From contig JAFGCR010000002.1 of the NCBI GenBank assembly GCA_016932495.1, forward strand, positions 8,519-72,518: a DNA stretch of 64,000 nt, in the 5' to 3' direction. Numbering within the stretch: position 1 is the first letter of the stretch; the number at the start of each line of letters is the position of its first letter. Position numbers and translations under genes: made by a program. Positions 47,748 to 57,640 of this stretch are shown here, one piece after another. This stretch comes from Candidatus Peregrinibacteria bacterium. Its GTDB lineage: Bacteria > Patescibacteriota > Gracilibacteria > UM-FILTER-43-11. The notes beneath the pieces were generated by a model. It searched no databases. It saw only the letters and a program-made list of their open reading frames with translations, and was not told the origin of the DNA.

Positions 47748-47818
47748 CTGAAAATTTGAAAACTTGAAAACTAAATAAATCAAAAATTAATTTTCAAGTT
47801 TGTAAGTTTTCAAAATTT
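47748..47818. repeat. Inverted octamer array (ttgaaaac family)
   Basis: gaaaatttgaaaacttgaaaact ... ttttcaagtttgtaagttttca; reverse-oriented homolog within 59110-59254. Confidence 0.75.
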
Positions 47819-47840
47819 AATTCCTAATTTTTTAATCATT

Positions 47841-48335
47841 ATGGAAAACGAAATAGTACAATCTGTTTCCCAGTGGGGCCTGGCGCTGGCTGTTATGGGC
47901 GGCGCTATCGCTGTCTTTTTAGGCGGTATCGGTTCTTCAATCGGGGTCGGTCTTGCAGGCCAGGCCGGTGCGGGCGTTACCGCTGAAAAGCCTGAACTTT
48001 TCGGTAAGGTTCTTGTGCTTGAGGCTTTGCCGGCGACTCAGGGCATTTACGGTTTTCTGGTCGGCTTTCTCGTACTTATGAATACGGGGATTTTGTCCGG
48101 CAGCATTGAGCCCATGAGTCTAAGTGAAGGCTTTAAGATCTTTTTCGGCTGTCTGCCCGCGGGCATTTCCTGCCTGTTCTCCGGCATGCATCAGGGAAAA
48201 GTATCTGCCGCCGGTATGGGCATGATCGCTAAAGACGGTTCCACGATGGGTAAAGCGATGGTGCTGGCCGCCATGGTTGAAACGTATGCCGTGCTGGGAT
48301 TCCTGATCTCCGCTTTGATTGTTTTTTCAATTTGA
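47841..48335 (+). CDS. ntpK: V/A-type ATPase rotor subunit K (4-TM)
   Basis: LPATQGIYG, HQG, MVETYA. Confidence 0.96.
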   Translation: MENEIVQSVSQWGLALAVMGGAIAVFLGGIGSSIGVGLAGQAGAGVTAEKPELFGKVLVLEALPATQGIYGFLVGFLVLMNTGILSGSIEPMSLSEGFKIFFGCLPAGISCLFSGMHQGKVSAAGMGMIAKDGSTMGKAMVLAAMVETYAVLGFLISALIVFSI

Positions 48336-48403
48336 TGTGATCAACGGTTCCCGATTAACATTTAATGTTAATCTTAGCTCTTAACTCTTAAATCTAAATT
48401 AGG

Positions 48404-48976
48404 ATGGCTCTACAGGATATTCTCAAAAAAATTGAAAACGAAGCCAAGAAAAAAGCTGTTTTTATCAAACAGGTAGCGGATGATGAGATCAAAAAGATCC
48501 GTGGAGAGGCGCAGGCCAAAGCCGATGCCCGGCGGGCTGAGATCGAACAGAAGATAGAAATCCAATCCGCGGCCGTGATCGAAAAGTCCAAAATCTTAGC
48601 TATGATGGAAGGCCGAAGCCAGACATTAAGACAGAAGCGTGAGGTGATCGATCAGGCTTACGAAGAGGCCGAAACAGCACTAAACGCGTTAAGTGACCAT
48701 GATTATGTCGCCTTGTTGGGCGATATGATGAAGCATGTGCTCAAAACTGCTGAAAAGGGGAGCCTCATCGTTCCGGCGAATCGCCGTAAACAGACTGAGG
48801 ACGCTATCCGGGAGGCTGGTGCGGATTTTGAGATTAAATCTGAAACCCATGACTTTAAAGGCGGTTTTGTTCTGATGAGCGGTAAGGTAGAGATCAATCT
48901 TTCTTTTTCTTATCTGGTCCAGAAAATCGTCCGGCCCGCAACGGAGGTGGAGATCGCTAAAATATTGTTCCCATAA
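48404..48976 (+). CDS. ntpE: V/A-type ATPase subunit E
   Basis: Coiled N-terminus; GGFVL..G.VEINLSF; operon position. Confidence 0.9.
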   Translation: MALQDILKKIENEAKKKAVFIKQVADDEIKKIRGEAQAKADARRAEIEQKIEIQSAAVIEKSKILAMMEGRSQTLRQKREVIDQAYEEAETALNALSDHDYVALLGDMMKHVLKTAEKGSLIVPANRRKQTEDAIREAGADFEIKSETHDFKGGFVLMSGKVEINLSFSYLVQKIVRPATEVEIAKILFP

Positions 48977-48984
48977 TCCTTATA

Positions 48985-49995
48985 ATGTCACATAATCCAG
49001 CGGATTACGCTTACATCATCGGACGCCTTCGGGCTCTTGAAACACGGCTCCCGACCGCCAATGTTTTGGAACGTATGATCGATGCGGACAGCGCGAATGC
49101 TGCCTTCCAGGTGCTGAATGACCTGACTTTTGTTTCAGGGAGTATCGGTGAGCACACAGCGGATGAATTTCAGACCGTTCTGACAGAAGCCACTAAAAAG
49201 ATGTCGCGCCTGCTTTTTAAAATGTCTCCTAACTTGGACACGCTTAAGTTTTTGTGGCTTAAATATGATTTTCATAACCTTAAAGTCACCCTTAAGGCAC
49301 GCCTGGTGGGGCATGGTTACGCCGATGTGGAGCATGCGCTGGTGGATTTGGGCTGTCTGCGGGCCGAAGACTGGGAGCAGTTTGTTCTGGAGGGAAAAAT
49401 CCCCGCGCTGACCAAAGGGATGCATGAGACAATGGAGGATGCCGCCAGGCAATACGGAAAAACCCATGATCCGCAGATCGTTGATCTGATCGTCGATAAA
49501 CATTATCTGGAAGAAATGCTGATGATGGCCAGGCGTTTTAGAAGCGCTCTTACCATCGGTTATTTACAGCGCCTTATCGATCTTACAAACCTCAAAACAT
49601 TCATTCGCTGTAAGGAACTCAAAGAAGAAGAAAGCTATCTTGAGGCCATCCTTCTTCATGGAGGCCGTGTTCCGGCCACGGTGATGACGGAAAGTTATCC
49701 GAAAGGCTATGAAGAACTGAAATCTCTGCTGGAACAAAAGATGCATGCGGATGAACTGGCCCTTGTCCTGGATGAATTCCTGAAAGAAAAAACACTGCTT
49801 GCCGCTGAAAAGAAAATTACCGAACTCCTTCAGAGCTATATGGATGAAAGCAAAAAAATGTCTTTTGGCCCTGAGCCGGTTTTCGCTTTTTTCTGGCGGT
49901 TTGAAAACCATATGCAAATCCTCCGGACGATTCTGGTGGGCAAGCGTAATCAGCTGTCTGCGGACGATATCCATAAACATGTACTTACTTTATAA
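48985..49995 (+). CDS. ntpC: V/A-type ATPase subunit C (d)
   Basis: GRLRALE, YDFHNLKV, IDLTNL, FGPEPV. Confidence 0.92.
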   Translation: MSHNPADYAYIIGRLRALETRLPTANVLERMIDADSANAAFQVLNDLTFVSGSIGEHTADEFQTVLTEATKKMSRLLFKMSPNLDTLKFLWLKYDFHNLKVTLKARLVGHGYADVEHALVDLGCLRAEDWEQFVLEGKIPALTKGMHETMEDAARQYGKTHDPQIVDLIVDKHYLEEMLMMARRFRSALTIGYLQRLIDLTNLKTFIRCKELKEEESYLEAILLHGGRVPATVMTESYPKGYEELKSLLEQKMHADELALVLDEFLKEKTLLAAEKKITELLQSYMDESKKMSFGPEPVFAFFWRFENHMQILRTILVGKRNQLSADDIHKHVLTL

Positions 49996-50074
49996 CCGAA
50001 TAGATTCCGAATGGCCTGCGAATAGATTCCGAATCAATTCGGTCTCAATCCGCAGTCAATCCGCAGTCAATACG
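49996..50074. repeat. Inverted 11-mer array
   Basis: ccgaatagatt ccgaatggcct gcgaatagatt ccgaat / attcggtctca atccgcagtca atccgcagtca. Confidence 0.8.
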
Positions 50075-50079
50075 AAACT

Positions 50080-50430
50080 ATGAACCAATATAAGATGGCC
50101 ATCATCGGACCGCGTGAAACGATTCTCGGATTCAAAGCGTTAGGCTTGGAGCCGGTGTATGCCACGGACCCTAAAGAAGCAGTGGAGCGTTTATATTCCC
50201 TTAAAAGAGAACGGACAGAAGTGGACGGTGAAAGCATCAATAAATACGCGATTGTTTTCATTATGGAAGATCTGGCGCGCGGAGTGACTCCGGATGATTA
50301 TAAAAAGCTTTCCGCCGAACCCCTTCCCGCTATCATCCCGCTGCCAAGCCACCTGGGCACCACGGGTTACGGTTTACAAAAACTTAAAACCATCGTCGAA
50401 AAAGCGGTGGGGATGGATATTTTATCTTAG
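50080..50430 (+). CDS. V/A-type ATPase subunit F
   Basis: AIIG..ETILGFKALG, VEKAVGMDI. Confidence 0.92.
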   Translation: MNQYKMAIIGPRETILGFKALGLEPVYATDPKEAVERLYSLKRERTEVDGESINKYAIVFIMEDLARGVTPDDYKKLSAEPLPAIIPLPSHLGTTGYGLQKLKTIVEKAVGMDILS

Positions 50431-50436
50431 TTTCTA

Positions 50437-50505
50437 ATGACTAGTGCTTCGTGTCTCGTGATTCGGTTAATCCAAGTCACGAGTCACGAGACACGAGTCA
50501 CGAAA
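50437..50505. repeat. Inverted heptamer array (gtcacga family)
   Basis: tcgtgtc tcgtgat ... gtcacga gtcacga gacacga gtcacga; half-arrays at about 22570 and 23250. Confidence 0.85.
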
Positions 50506-50531
50506 TAATTCATTAATTAATTTCAATAATC

Positions 50532-52298
50532 ATGATTACTCATAAAGAAGGTACCATTATTAAAGTCTCCGGACCGCTTGTGGTCGCTAAGGGCATGTCG
50601 ACCGCCAAAATGTTTGAGGTTGTTTATGTGTCTGAGCAGCGCTTGGTGGGAGAAGTGATTGGTTTAAACGGCAACACAGCCTCCATCCAGGTTTACGAAG
50701 AGACCGGCGGGGTCGGTCCTGGCGAGCCGGTGTATCTGACAGGTCAGACTTTATCTGTGGAGCTGGGCCCCGGCCTTTTGGAAAACATTTACGATGGGAT
50801 CCAGCGCCCTTTGGAATTGATTGAAAAGAAATCCGGCGCATTCATCGCCCGCGGTATCCATGTGCCTGGCATCGACCGTGAAAGGAAATGGGATTTTAAA
50901 CCCACTGTAAGCACCGGTGATACCGTGGAAGAAGGGGATGTGCTGGGTGAAGTGCAGGAAACGGCCCTTATTGTCCATAAGATCATGGTGCCGGTCGGTG
51001 TTTTCGGAAAAGTCTCTGATATCCATTCCGGCGAGAAAAAGGTCGAGGATGTGGTCGCAGTGATCGAAGATGAAAATGGCAAAAAACATGAAGTGACCAT
51101 GCTCCAGAAATGGCCCATCCGCATCTCCAGAAAATCCAAATCGAAACGTGTGCCTTCTGAACCGCTGGTTACCGGTACACGTATTCTTGACACTCTTTTT
51201 CCGCTCGCGAAAGGAGGCTCTGGCTGTATTCCCGGTCCGTTTGGGGCCGGCAAAACAGTTACTCAGCAGACCGTGGCCAAATACTGCGATGCCCAGGTGA
51301 TCGTTTATGTGGGCTGCGGGGAGCGGGGCAATGAGATGACAGATGTGCTGATGGAATTCCCGGAATTGAAAGACCCGAACACCGGCGAACCTTTGATGAA
51401 ACGCACGGTTCTGATCGCCAATACTTCTAATATGCCGGTGGCGGCCCGTGAAGCGTCTGTCTACACGGGGATCACTATTGCCGAGTATTATCGTGATATG
51501 GGTTACCATGTGGCCCTGATGGCTGACAGCACCTCCCGCTGGGCGGAAGCCATGCGTGAAATGTCCGGCCGTTTGGAAGAGATGCCAGGCGAAGAAGGTT
51601 ATCCCGCCTATCTTGGCTCCCGCACGGCTGGTTTTTATGAACGGGCAGGCGCGATTCAGTGCTTGGGGTCGGATGACCGCAAAGGAACCCTTACGGTTAT
51701 CGGAGCGGTCTCTCCTCCGGGCGGTGACCTTTCCGAACCAGTGACCCAAAACACGCTTCGTGTTACAAAAGTCTTCTGGGGTCTGGATGCCAATCTGGCG
51801 CGCCGACGCCACTTTCCTGCCATCAACTGGCTGTCTTCTTATACGCTGTATGATGAGAATGTGGCCAGCCACTGGACTAAAGAGGTTGCGGATGATTCCA
51901 TGAAAGTCCGTTCCGACGCCATGAAAATGCTGCAGGAAGAAGCCAAACTGGAAGAAATCGTCCGTTTGGTGGGTATGGATGCCTTAAGTCCTAAAGAGCG
52001 GCTGGTATTAGAAACCGCCAAGTCGATTCGTGAAGACTTCCTTTTTCAGAATGCTTTCGACAAAGTGGACGCTTTCTCTTCCCTCAAAAAACAATACTGG
52101 ATGCTTAAAGTCATCATGACGATCTACTATGCAGCTCAGGATATTGTGGGGCAGGAGGATTTCGATTTCAATGAACTGAAAAAACTCCCTGTGATGGAAA
52201 AAATTGTTAAGGCCAAAGATATTGAAGACGGCAAATGGGAGGAATTTGAAGTTTTGGCTAAAGAGGTAGCTAGTTCCATTCAGACACTTAAAAAGTAA
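50532..52298 (+). CDS. ntpA: V/A-type ATPase catalytic subunit A
   Basis: [24 protein letters not shown]; no intein. Confidence 0.98.
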   Translation: MITHKEGTIIKVSGPLVVAKGMSTAKMFEVVYVSEQRLVGEVIGLNGNTASIQVYEETGGVGPGEPVYLTGQTLSVELGPGLLENIYDGIQRPLELIEKKSGAFIARGIHVPGIDRERKWDFKPTVSTGDTVEEGDVLGEVQETALIVHKIMVPVGVFGKVSDIHSGEKKVEDVVAVIEDENGKKHEVTMLQKWPIRISRKSKSKRVPSEPLVTGTRILDTLFPLAKGGSGCIPGPFGAGKTVTQQTVAKYCDAQVIVYVGCGERGNEMTDVLMEFPELKDPNTGEPLMKRTVLIANTSNMPVAAREASVYTGITIAEYYRDMGYHVALMADSTSRWAEAMREMSGRLEEMPGEEGYPAYLGSRTAGFYERAGAIQCLGSDDRKGTLTVIGAVSPPGGDLSEPVTQNTLRVTKVFWGLDANLARRRHFPAINWLSSYTLYDENVASHWTKEVADDSMKVRSDAMKMLQEEAKLEEIVRLVGMDALSPKERLVLETAKSIREDFLFQNAFDKVDAFSSLKKQYWMLKVIMTIYYAAQDIVGQEDFDFNELKKLPVMEKIVKAKDIEDGKWEEFEVLAKEVASSIQTLKK

Positions 52299-52372
52299 TT
52301 TCAGATTTCATCCTGGATCAAGTTCAGGATCAGATTTCTGTTTCAAATTTTCAATTATTAATTTTTTAAATC

Positions 52373-53746
52373 ATGCAGAAAGAATATAAGACAATCACAT
52401 CAATCGCCGGTCCGCTTATGGTCGTGGAAGGGGTAGAAGGCGTAAAGTATGAAGAACTTGTGGAAATCCAGATCCCTGGCGAAAAGGAAGTCCGTTTAGG
52501 CAAGGTTCTGGAGGCCTCTGAGGGGCGGGCGCTTGTCCAGATGTTCGAAAGCACCCAGGGCACGGTCACTGAAGGCGCCAAAGCCCGTTTTTTGGGGGAG
52601 ACCATGAAACTGGGAGTTTCAGAAGATATACTTGGCCGTGTGTTTAACGGCGCAGGTAAACCAATTGACGGCCAGCCTGATATCATCCCCGAAAAACGGC
52701 TGGATATCAGCGGCGCCGCTATTAACCCTTATTCCCGCGATTATCCGAACGACTTTATTCAGACCGGGATCAGCACGATTGATTGTCTGAACACGCTGGT
52801 GCGCGGCCAGAAACTGCCGGTTTTCTCCGGCGCCGGTTTGCCGCATAACCGTATTGCCGCCATGATCGCCCGTCAGGCTAAGGTGAAAGACGGTTCTGAT
52901 TTTGCGGTGGTGTTTGCGGCCATGGGGGTGACGTTTGAAGAGGCTCAGTTCTTCCAGTCTGAATTTGAAAAAACAGGCGCTATTGAGAAGGCGGTGCTGT
53001 TCGTGAATACCGCGGATGATCCGGTGGTCGAACGCATTGCCACCCCCCGTCTTGCGCTTACGGCCGCTGAATATCTGGCTTACGAAAAAGAGATGCATGT
53101 ACTTGTGATCCTGACTGACCTGACCAACTATGCCGAAGCGCTTCGTGAAGTGTCTGCCGCGCGTAAAGAAGTGCCGGGCCGACGCGGGTATCCTGGTTAC
53201 CTATATACCGACCTCGCCACAATTTATGAACGGGCCGGCCGTATTAAAGGCAAAAAAGGTTCGGTCACCCAGATCCCGATCCTGACCATGCCGGAAGATG
53301 ATATCACTCATCCGATTCCCGATTTGACCGGCTATATCACGGAAGGTCAGTTTGTGCTGTCCCGTGAATTGCACCGCAAAGGCATTTTCCCGCCCGCCGA
53401 TGTGCTTCCTTCTCTGTCACGCCTGAAAGACAAGGGTATCGGTGAAGGCAAGACCCGTGAAGATCATGCCGGCGTTATGAACCAGCTGTACGCTTCCTAT
53501 GCCCGCGGCAAGGATGTGCGTGAACTGGCCGTGATCCTTGGCGAGGCGGCGCTGGATGAGGTCGACCGCGCTTATATGAAGTTTGCAGAAGCTTTTGAAG
53601 ATAAGTATATCCGCCAGGGTGAATATGAGGATCGTGAAATCGATACTGGCTCCCTGGATCTTGGCTGGGAGCTTCTGAAAATCCTTCCGAAATCTGAACT
53701 TAAGCGTGTTAAGGAAGAGCATATTGCTAAATACATGAAAGATTAA
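52373..53746 (+). CDS. ntpB: V/A-type ATPase subunit B
   Basis: [24 protein letters not shown]. Confidence 0.98.
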   Translation: MQKEYKTITSIAGPLMVVEGVEGVKYEELVEIQIPGEKEVRLGKVLEASEGRALVQMFESTQGTVTEGAKARFLGETMKLGVSEDILGRVFNGAGKPIDGQPDIIPEKRLDISGAAINPYSRDYPNDFIQTGISTIDCLNTLVRGQKLPVFSGAGLPHNRIAAMIARQAKVKDGSDFAVVFAAMGVTFEEAQFFQSEFEKTGAIEKAVLFVNTADDPVVERIATPRLALTAAEYLAYEKEMHVLVILTDLTNYAEALREVSAARKEVPGRRGYPGYLYTDLATIYERAGRIKGKKGSVTQIPILTMPEDDITHPIPDLTGYITEGQFVLSRELHRKGIFPPADVLPSLSRLKDKGIGEGKTREDHAGVMNQLYASYARGKDVRELAVILGEAALDEVDRAYMKFAEAFEDKYIRQGEYEDREIDTGSLDLGWELLKILPKSELKRVKEEHIAKYMKD

Positions 53747-53747
53747 A

Positions 53748-53871
53748 CGTTGTGGGTTTCGTTGTCACCGCTAGTATCGTTTAAGGTTGTCGTTATTGTC
53801 TCGTTTGCCAGTAAAACAAAGACGACACCTGTAATAACACCGATACGAGCCGCGATACCTACAACGACAAC
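53748..53871. repeat. Degenerate 6/12-periodic inverted array, homolog of 8620-8760
   Basis: cgttgt/gtcgtt-rich left half, acgaca/acaacg-rich right half. Confidence 0.6.
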
Positions 53872-53882
53872 TAATAATTATT

Positions 53883-54509
53883 ATGGCAATCCTAAACGTC
53901 AATCCAACGCGTATGGCCCTGCTGGGGCTTAAGAAGAAGCTCAAGAGCGCTCAGCGCGGGCATAAACTGCTGAAAGACAAGCAGGATGGTTTGATGCAGA
54001 AATTTATGGAGATCATCCGTGAGGCCCGCCGCATGCGCGAAGAGGTGGAAGGAAAGCTGGGCGCGGCTTTTAAAAACTTCATTCGGGCCGGCTCCCTGAT
54101 GTCGGAGGAATTTGTGGAAGGGGCTCTTTTATATTCCACTGCCAAAACCAAGCTGGCCGTGGAAACCAAAAATGTCATGTCGGTCCGTATCCCCAAATTC
54201 AAGTTAGAAACGGAGGGAGACGTAATCACGTATGGCTATCTGCAGACCAGCGGGGAACTGGATATGTCCCTCCAGTCTTTCCAGGACGTTTTTCCTTTAT
54301 TGATTGAACTGGCGGAGATCGAAAAATCTGCTGAAGCGCTGGCGGATGAGCTGGAAAAAACGCGCCGCCGCGTGAATGCGCTGGAATACCGCATGATCCC
54401 CGACCTTCAGGACACCATCCGTTTCATCCAGATGAAATTGGGCGAAATGGAACGCGGCTCCATCATCAATACCATGGTGGTGAAGGCAAAGATCGAAGCA
54501 CAGGCCTGA
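53883..54509 (+). CDS. ntpD: V/A-type ATPase subunit D
   Basis: PTRMAL, RGHKLLKDK, TRRRVNALE. Confidence 0.97.
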   Translation: MAILNVNPTRMALLGLKKKLKSAQRGHKLLKDKQDGLMQKFMEIIREARRMREEVEGKLGAAFKNFIRAGSLMSEEFVEGALLYSTAKTKLAVETKNVMSVRIPKFKLETEGDVITYGYLQTSGELDMSLQSFQDVFPLLIELAEIEKSAEALADELEKTRRRVNALEYRMIPDLQDTIRFIQMKLGEMERGSIINTMVVKAKIEAQA

Positions 54510-54586
54510 TTATTTCTCATTTCTGAATTCAGATTTCTGATTTATTGTGTATAATGTTTTAGGTTTATCTGATAAGCATTTTTCCA

Positions 54587-55510
54587 ATGTCCGATATTTA
54601 TGATGTTTTGATCATCGGCTCCGGTCCTGCTGGTTTATCGGCAGCGGTTTATACGGGGCGCGCGAACCTAAAAACGCTTTTATTCGAAGGCTGGCAGCCG
54701 GGCGGTCAGCTGACCACTACCACCGTTGTCGAAAATTATGCGGGGTTTAAGGATGGTATCCAGGGAACCAAGCTGATGGCTGAGATGCGGGGGCAGGCAG
54801 AGCGTTTTGGAGTGGAATATATAACGAAAGATGTGACAAGCGTTGATTTCTCAAAACGTCCCTTCACCGTTAAAACAGATGACCAGGAATATCAGGGAAA
54901 GACGGTCATCATCGCTACCGGCGCTAAACCGCGCCGGCTGGGCCTGCCGTCGGAAGATAAACTGTGGGCCAAAGGGATATCTGCCTGCGCCACCTGTGAC
55001 GGTTTCTTTTTCAAAGACAAGACCGTGGCCGTGATCGGCGGTGGGGACAGCGCCATGGAAGAGGGGACATTCCTCACCAAATTTGCCAGCAAAGTCTATA
55101 TCATCAACCGCACGGAAAACTTCCGCGCCTCCGACATTATGCTCAGGCGCGCGCGGAATAACGAAAAAGTCGAAATCCTAGCGGATAAAGTGATCGAGGA
55201 GGTATTGGGCGATGATCATGTCACCGGCCTTCGCCTGAAGGACAACCAGTCCGGCGAGACTTCAGAATTAAAATTGGATGGAATGTTTCTGGCGATCGGC
55301 CATATTCCGGTCACTGACCTTTTTAAAGATCAGGTCGAATTAGATAAGTTAGGTTTTATCACTCTCAAAGAAAACACCATGACCAGTGTGCCCGGGGTAT
55401 TTGCCGCGGGTGATGTGTCAGACCATCGCTATCGCCAAGCCATCACTTCTGCCGGAGAGGGGTGTAAGGCATCAATTGACGCCAAAAAATGGCTGGCAGA
55501 GAATGATTGA
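54587..55510 (+). CDS. trxB: Thioredoxin reductase
   Basis: GSGPAG, CATCDG, GGGDSAMEE, YRQAITSAG. Confidence 0.97.
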   Translation: MSDIYDVLIIGSGPAGLSAAVYTGRANLKTLLFEGWQPGGQLTTTTVVENYAGFKDGIQGTKLMAEMRGQAERFGVEYITKDVTSVDFSKRPFTVKTDDQEYQGKTVIIATGAKPRRLGLPSEDKLWAKGISACATCDGFFFKDKTVAVIGGGDSAMEEGTFLTKFASKVYIINRTENFRASDIMLRRARNNEKVEILADKVIEEVLGDDHVTGLRLKDNQSGETSELKLDGMFLAIGHIPVTDLFKDQVELDKLGFITLKENTMTSVPGVFAAGDVSDHRYRQAITSAGEGCKASIDAKKWLAEND

Positions 55511-55513
55511 TGA

Positions 55514-55708
55514 TTATTCCTCCTGCAATAAAACAACCAGCCCCTCTATTAAGCGCACACGGGCTTTTTGAACATCAGCTTTTTTTAACGCCTCAGGGTG
55601 TTCTAAAGCATCTGCCAGGGCATCTGATTGTGTCGCATTGATAAAACCGGCCTTTAAGACAGCCTTTATATCATCGGCTGAATAGTCAGGAGATTCTGAT
55701 CGGGACAT
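55514..55708 (-). CDS. Small hypothetical protein
   Basis: 64-aa ATG ORF directly after rplT. Confidence 0.55.
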   Translation of the reverse strand: MSRSESPDYSADDIKAVLKAGFINATQSDALADALEHPEALKKADVQKARVRLIEGLVVLLQEE

Positions 55709-55727
55709 CTTTATTAAGTTATAGCAA

Positions 55728-56204
55728 TTATTCTTCGGTGGTTGCTGGTTTTTCTTCTTCTTTTGATTCTCCTCCCTTTTCTGCCGCTTTCTCTTTCTTC
55801 AGCTTAGCTTTCGCCACTGGTTTTTTCATCTCTGGCGCCTTGCCTTCCGGCGGCAGAGCCGCCTTGGCCTTTTCCACGATCTCCTTAAACGCATCCGGTT
55901 CACTGACAGCCAGCTCGGAAAGCATTTTGCGGTTGATAGTGATATCTGCTAACTCTAATCCGTAAATGAATCGGCTGTACTTCAGACCATTTTCACGGCA
56001 GGCATTGTTGATCCGAAGGACCCATAACTGGTGGAAAGTCCTTTTTTTCAGTTTCCGGTCACGATAAGCGTTCTGGCCAGCTTTCATAACGGCATTTTTA
56101 GCCAGTTTGAATACATTTTTCCGCTTTCCGCGAAAGCCTTTCGCTTGTTTAAAGATTTTCTTGTGGCGTCGATGGGCTGCCATTCCGCGTTTTACTCTGG
56201 GCAT
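55728..56204 (-). CDS. rplT: 50S ribosomal protein L20 with charged C-terminal extension
   Basis: [23 protein letters not shown]. Confidence 0.98.
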   Translation of the reverse strand: MPRVKRGMAAHRRHKKIFKQAKGFRGKRKNVFKLAKNAVMKAGQNAYRDRKLKKRTFHQLWVLRINNACRENGLKYSRFIYGLELADITINRKMLSELAVSEPDAFKEIVEKAKAALPPEGKAPEMKKPVAKAKLKKEKAAEKGGESKEEEKPATTEE

Positions 56205-56237
56205 CTTATTGGTAGATTAACGATTAAAGATTAACGA

Positions 56238-56453
56238 TTACTTGCCAGGAAGTATGCGTTTTAATTGTTTGCCGTAGGCTTTGTTGGTAATAATGGTCTG
56301 TCTGGCGAGGCGTTTCTGCTTTTTGGATTTTTGCTGAAGCAGATGGCTGTGTGAGGCCTTCTGCTGGGCAAACTGACCTTTGCCGGTTTTTTTGAAACGT
56401 TTTTTGGCGGCACTGGCAGACCGTTGTTTCCCTGGCTTGGCTTTTCCTGGCAT
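56238..56453 (-). CDS. rpmI: 50S ribosomal protein L35
   Basis: AAKKRFKKTGKG, HLLQQKS; ATG 56453. Confidence 0.92.
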   Translation of the reverse strand: MPGKAKPGKQRSASAAKKRFKKTGKGQFAQQKASHSHLLQQKSKKQKRLARQTIITNKAYGKQLKRILPGK

Positions 56454-56478
56454 TTGAAAAATTTTATGGGTTAAATTT

Positions 56479-56548
56479 TTCACATTTGACATGTGACACC
56501 TGACACCTGACAAAAAGTCAAAGGTCAAATGTCAAAGTTCAAAGGTTA
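56479..56548. repeat. Inverted heptamer array (gtcaaat family)
   Basis: ttcacat ttgacat gtgacac ctgacac ctgac aaaaa gtcaaag gtcaaat gtcaaag ttcaaag. Confidence 0.85.
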
Positions 56549-56552
56549 ATTA

Positions 56553-57059
56553 TTATTTATTCGGATTTAGGATCATAGTCATCTGGAAACCCTGACGCTT
56601 GGGTTCCTGCTCTATTTTGCACACGTCTTCCAGCAGCTGGTAGAAGGCCTGCATTTTTTCCATAGCAAGGTCCTGATGAGAGATCTCACGGCCGCGGAAG
56701 ATCAAAACTACTTTGACGAGATTGCGGCCTTCCAGGAATTTTTTGGCCTGCTTGGCCTTCACTTCCAAATCGTGTTTTTCGGTCCGGATGCTTAACCGTA
56801 CCGTTTTTGTTTCCGTTTTTTTAACCGCTTTTCTCGCCTTTTTTTCCTTTTTCTTCAGGCCGTAAAGATAATTCCCAAAGTCCATAATCTTACAAACAGG
56901 CGGGTCGGAAAGCGGAGATACTTCAACTAAATCCAGCTCTTTTTTATGGGCGCGCTGTAACGCTTCTTCAACGTTTACCACACCCACTTTTTCTTCCCCA
57001 TCAATCAATAAGACTTTTTGGGAACGAATTTGCTGGTTGATGCGTAATTTTTTGCTTAT
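56553..57059 (-). CDS. infC: Translation initiation factor IF-3, probable ATA start
   Basis: RINQQIR, LDLVEVSP..DPPVCKIMDFG, FRGRE; in-frame ATA at 57059. Confidence 0.93.
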   Translation of the reverse strand: MSKKLRINQQIRSQKVLLIDGEEKVGVVNVEEALQRAHKKELDLVEVSPLSDPPVCKIMDFGNYLYGLKKKEKKARKAVKKTETKTVRLSIRTEKHDLEVKAKQAKKFLEGRNLVKVVLIFRGREISHQDLAMEKMQAFYQLLEDVCKIEQEPKRQGFQMTMILNPNK

Positions 57060-57107
57060 AGGGGTAAAATTAAGGTTAAAAAGGAGGGATCCTGATTAAG
57101 CTCGACC

Positions 57108-57136
57108 ATTTTAGGTAAATCGCATTTAAAAGTCAA
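57108..57136 (-). promoter_or_regulatory. Promoter of infC-rpmI-rplT
   Basis: Minus strand TTGACT-N17-TAAAAT. Confidence 0.7.
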
Positions 57137-57215
57137 TGTTTTTCTTTTAAATAGGTCAATATCGATGCGCATGCATGTAAAAAAAGGATTTAAATGTAGG
57201 AAGTCAGGACTCAGT

Positions 57216-57476
57216 TTAAAAACCAGAGAACAAACTAATAATTCCTATCTGCGCAAAATCCAGGGCAAAAAAGGCAAGAAGCGGAGAAAAGTCCAGCATT
57301 CCGGTCCGGGGCAGTATTTTGCGGAATATCCGTAAAATCGGCTCTGTGATTTCGTAGAGGATCTGAATAAGGCGTCCGGGATGGCCCGGCTGGATCCAGG
57401 ATAGCAAAATGCGTACCAGAATGGCGTATTTCAGGATGCGGATGACGTTGATGAGGAAGAAAAGGATGAATTCCAT
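57216..57476 (-). CDS. yggT: YggT family membrane protein
   Basis: RILLSW, ITEPIL..FRKILP, LDFSPL. Confidence 0.92.
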   Translation of the reverse strand: MEFILFFLINVIRILKYAILVRILLSWIQPGHPGRLIQILYEITEPILRIFRKILPRTGMLDFSPLLAFFALDFAQIGIISLFSGF

Positions 57477-57547
57477 GCTAATGATGAAACAACGATACAA
57501 CGAAACAACGATACAGCAATGATCTGCATTTCTCAATTTTTGTTTTT

Positions 57548-57640
57548 ATGTATGTGCACGCCCCTTCATTCCGGGGTAAGAGGGAAATAAAGAAAGAAGG
57601 GAAAAGAAAATTAAATAAAAGAAAACTAAGAAAGAAAAAA
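57548..57640 (+). repeat. Hairpin plus polypurine dispersed repeat, copy E
   Basis: GCCCCTTCATTCCGGGGTAAG...GAAGGGAAAAGAAAATTAAATAAAAGAAAA. Confidence 0.7.

Noticed and set aside
50751..51872. 373-aa antisense ORF and similar shadow ORFs over tuf, r-proteins and dnaJ
   Set aside because: They overlap conserved genes on the opposite strand and have no recognisable motifs.
50532..52298. Intein in ATPase subunit A
   Set aside because: Normal length (588 aa) and uninterrupted P-loop.
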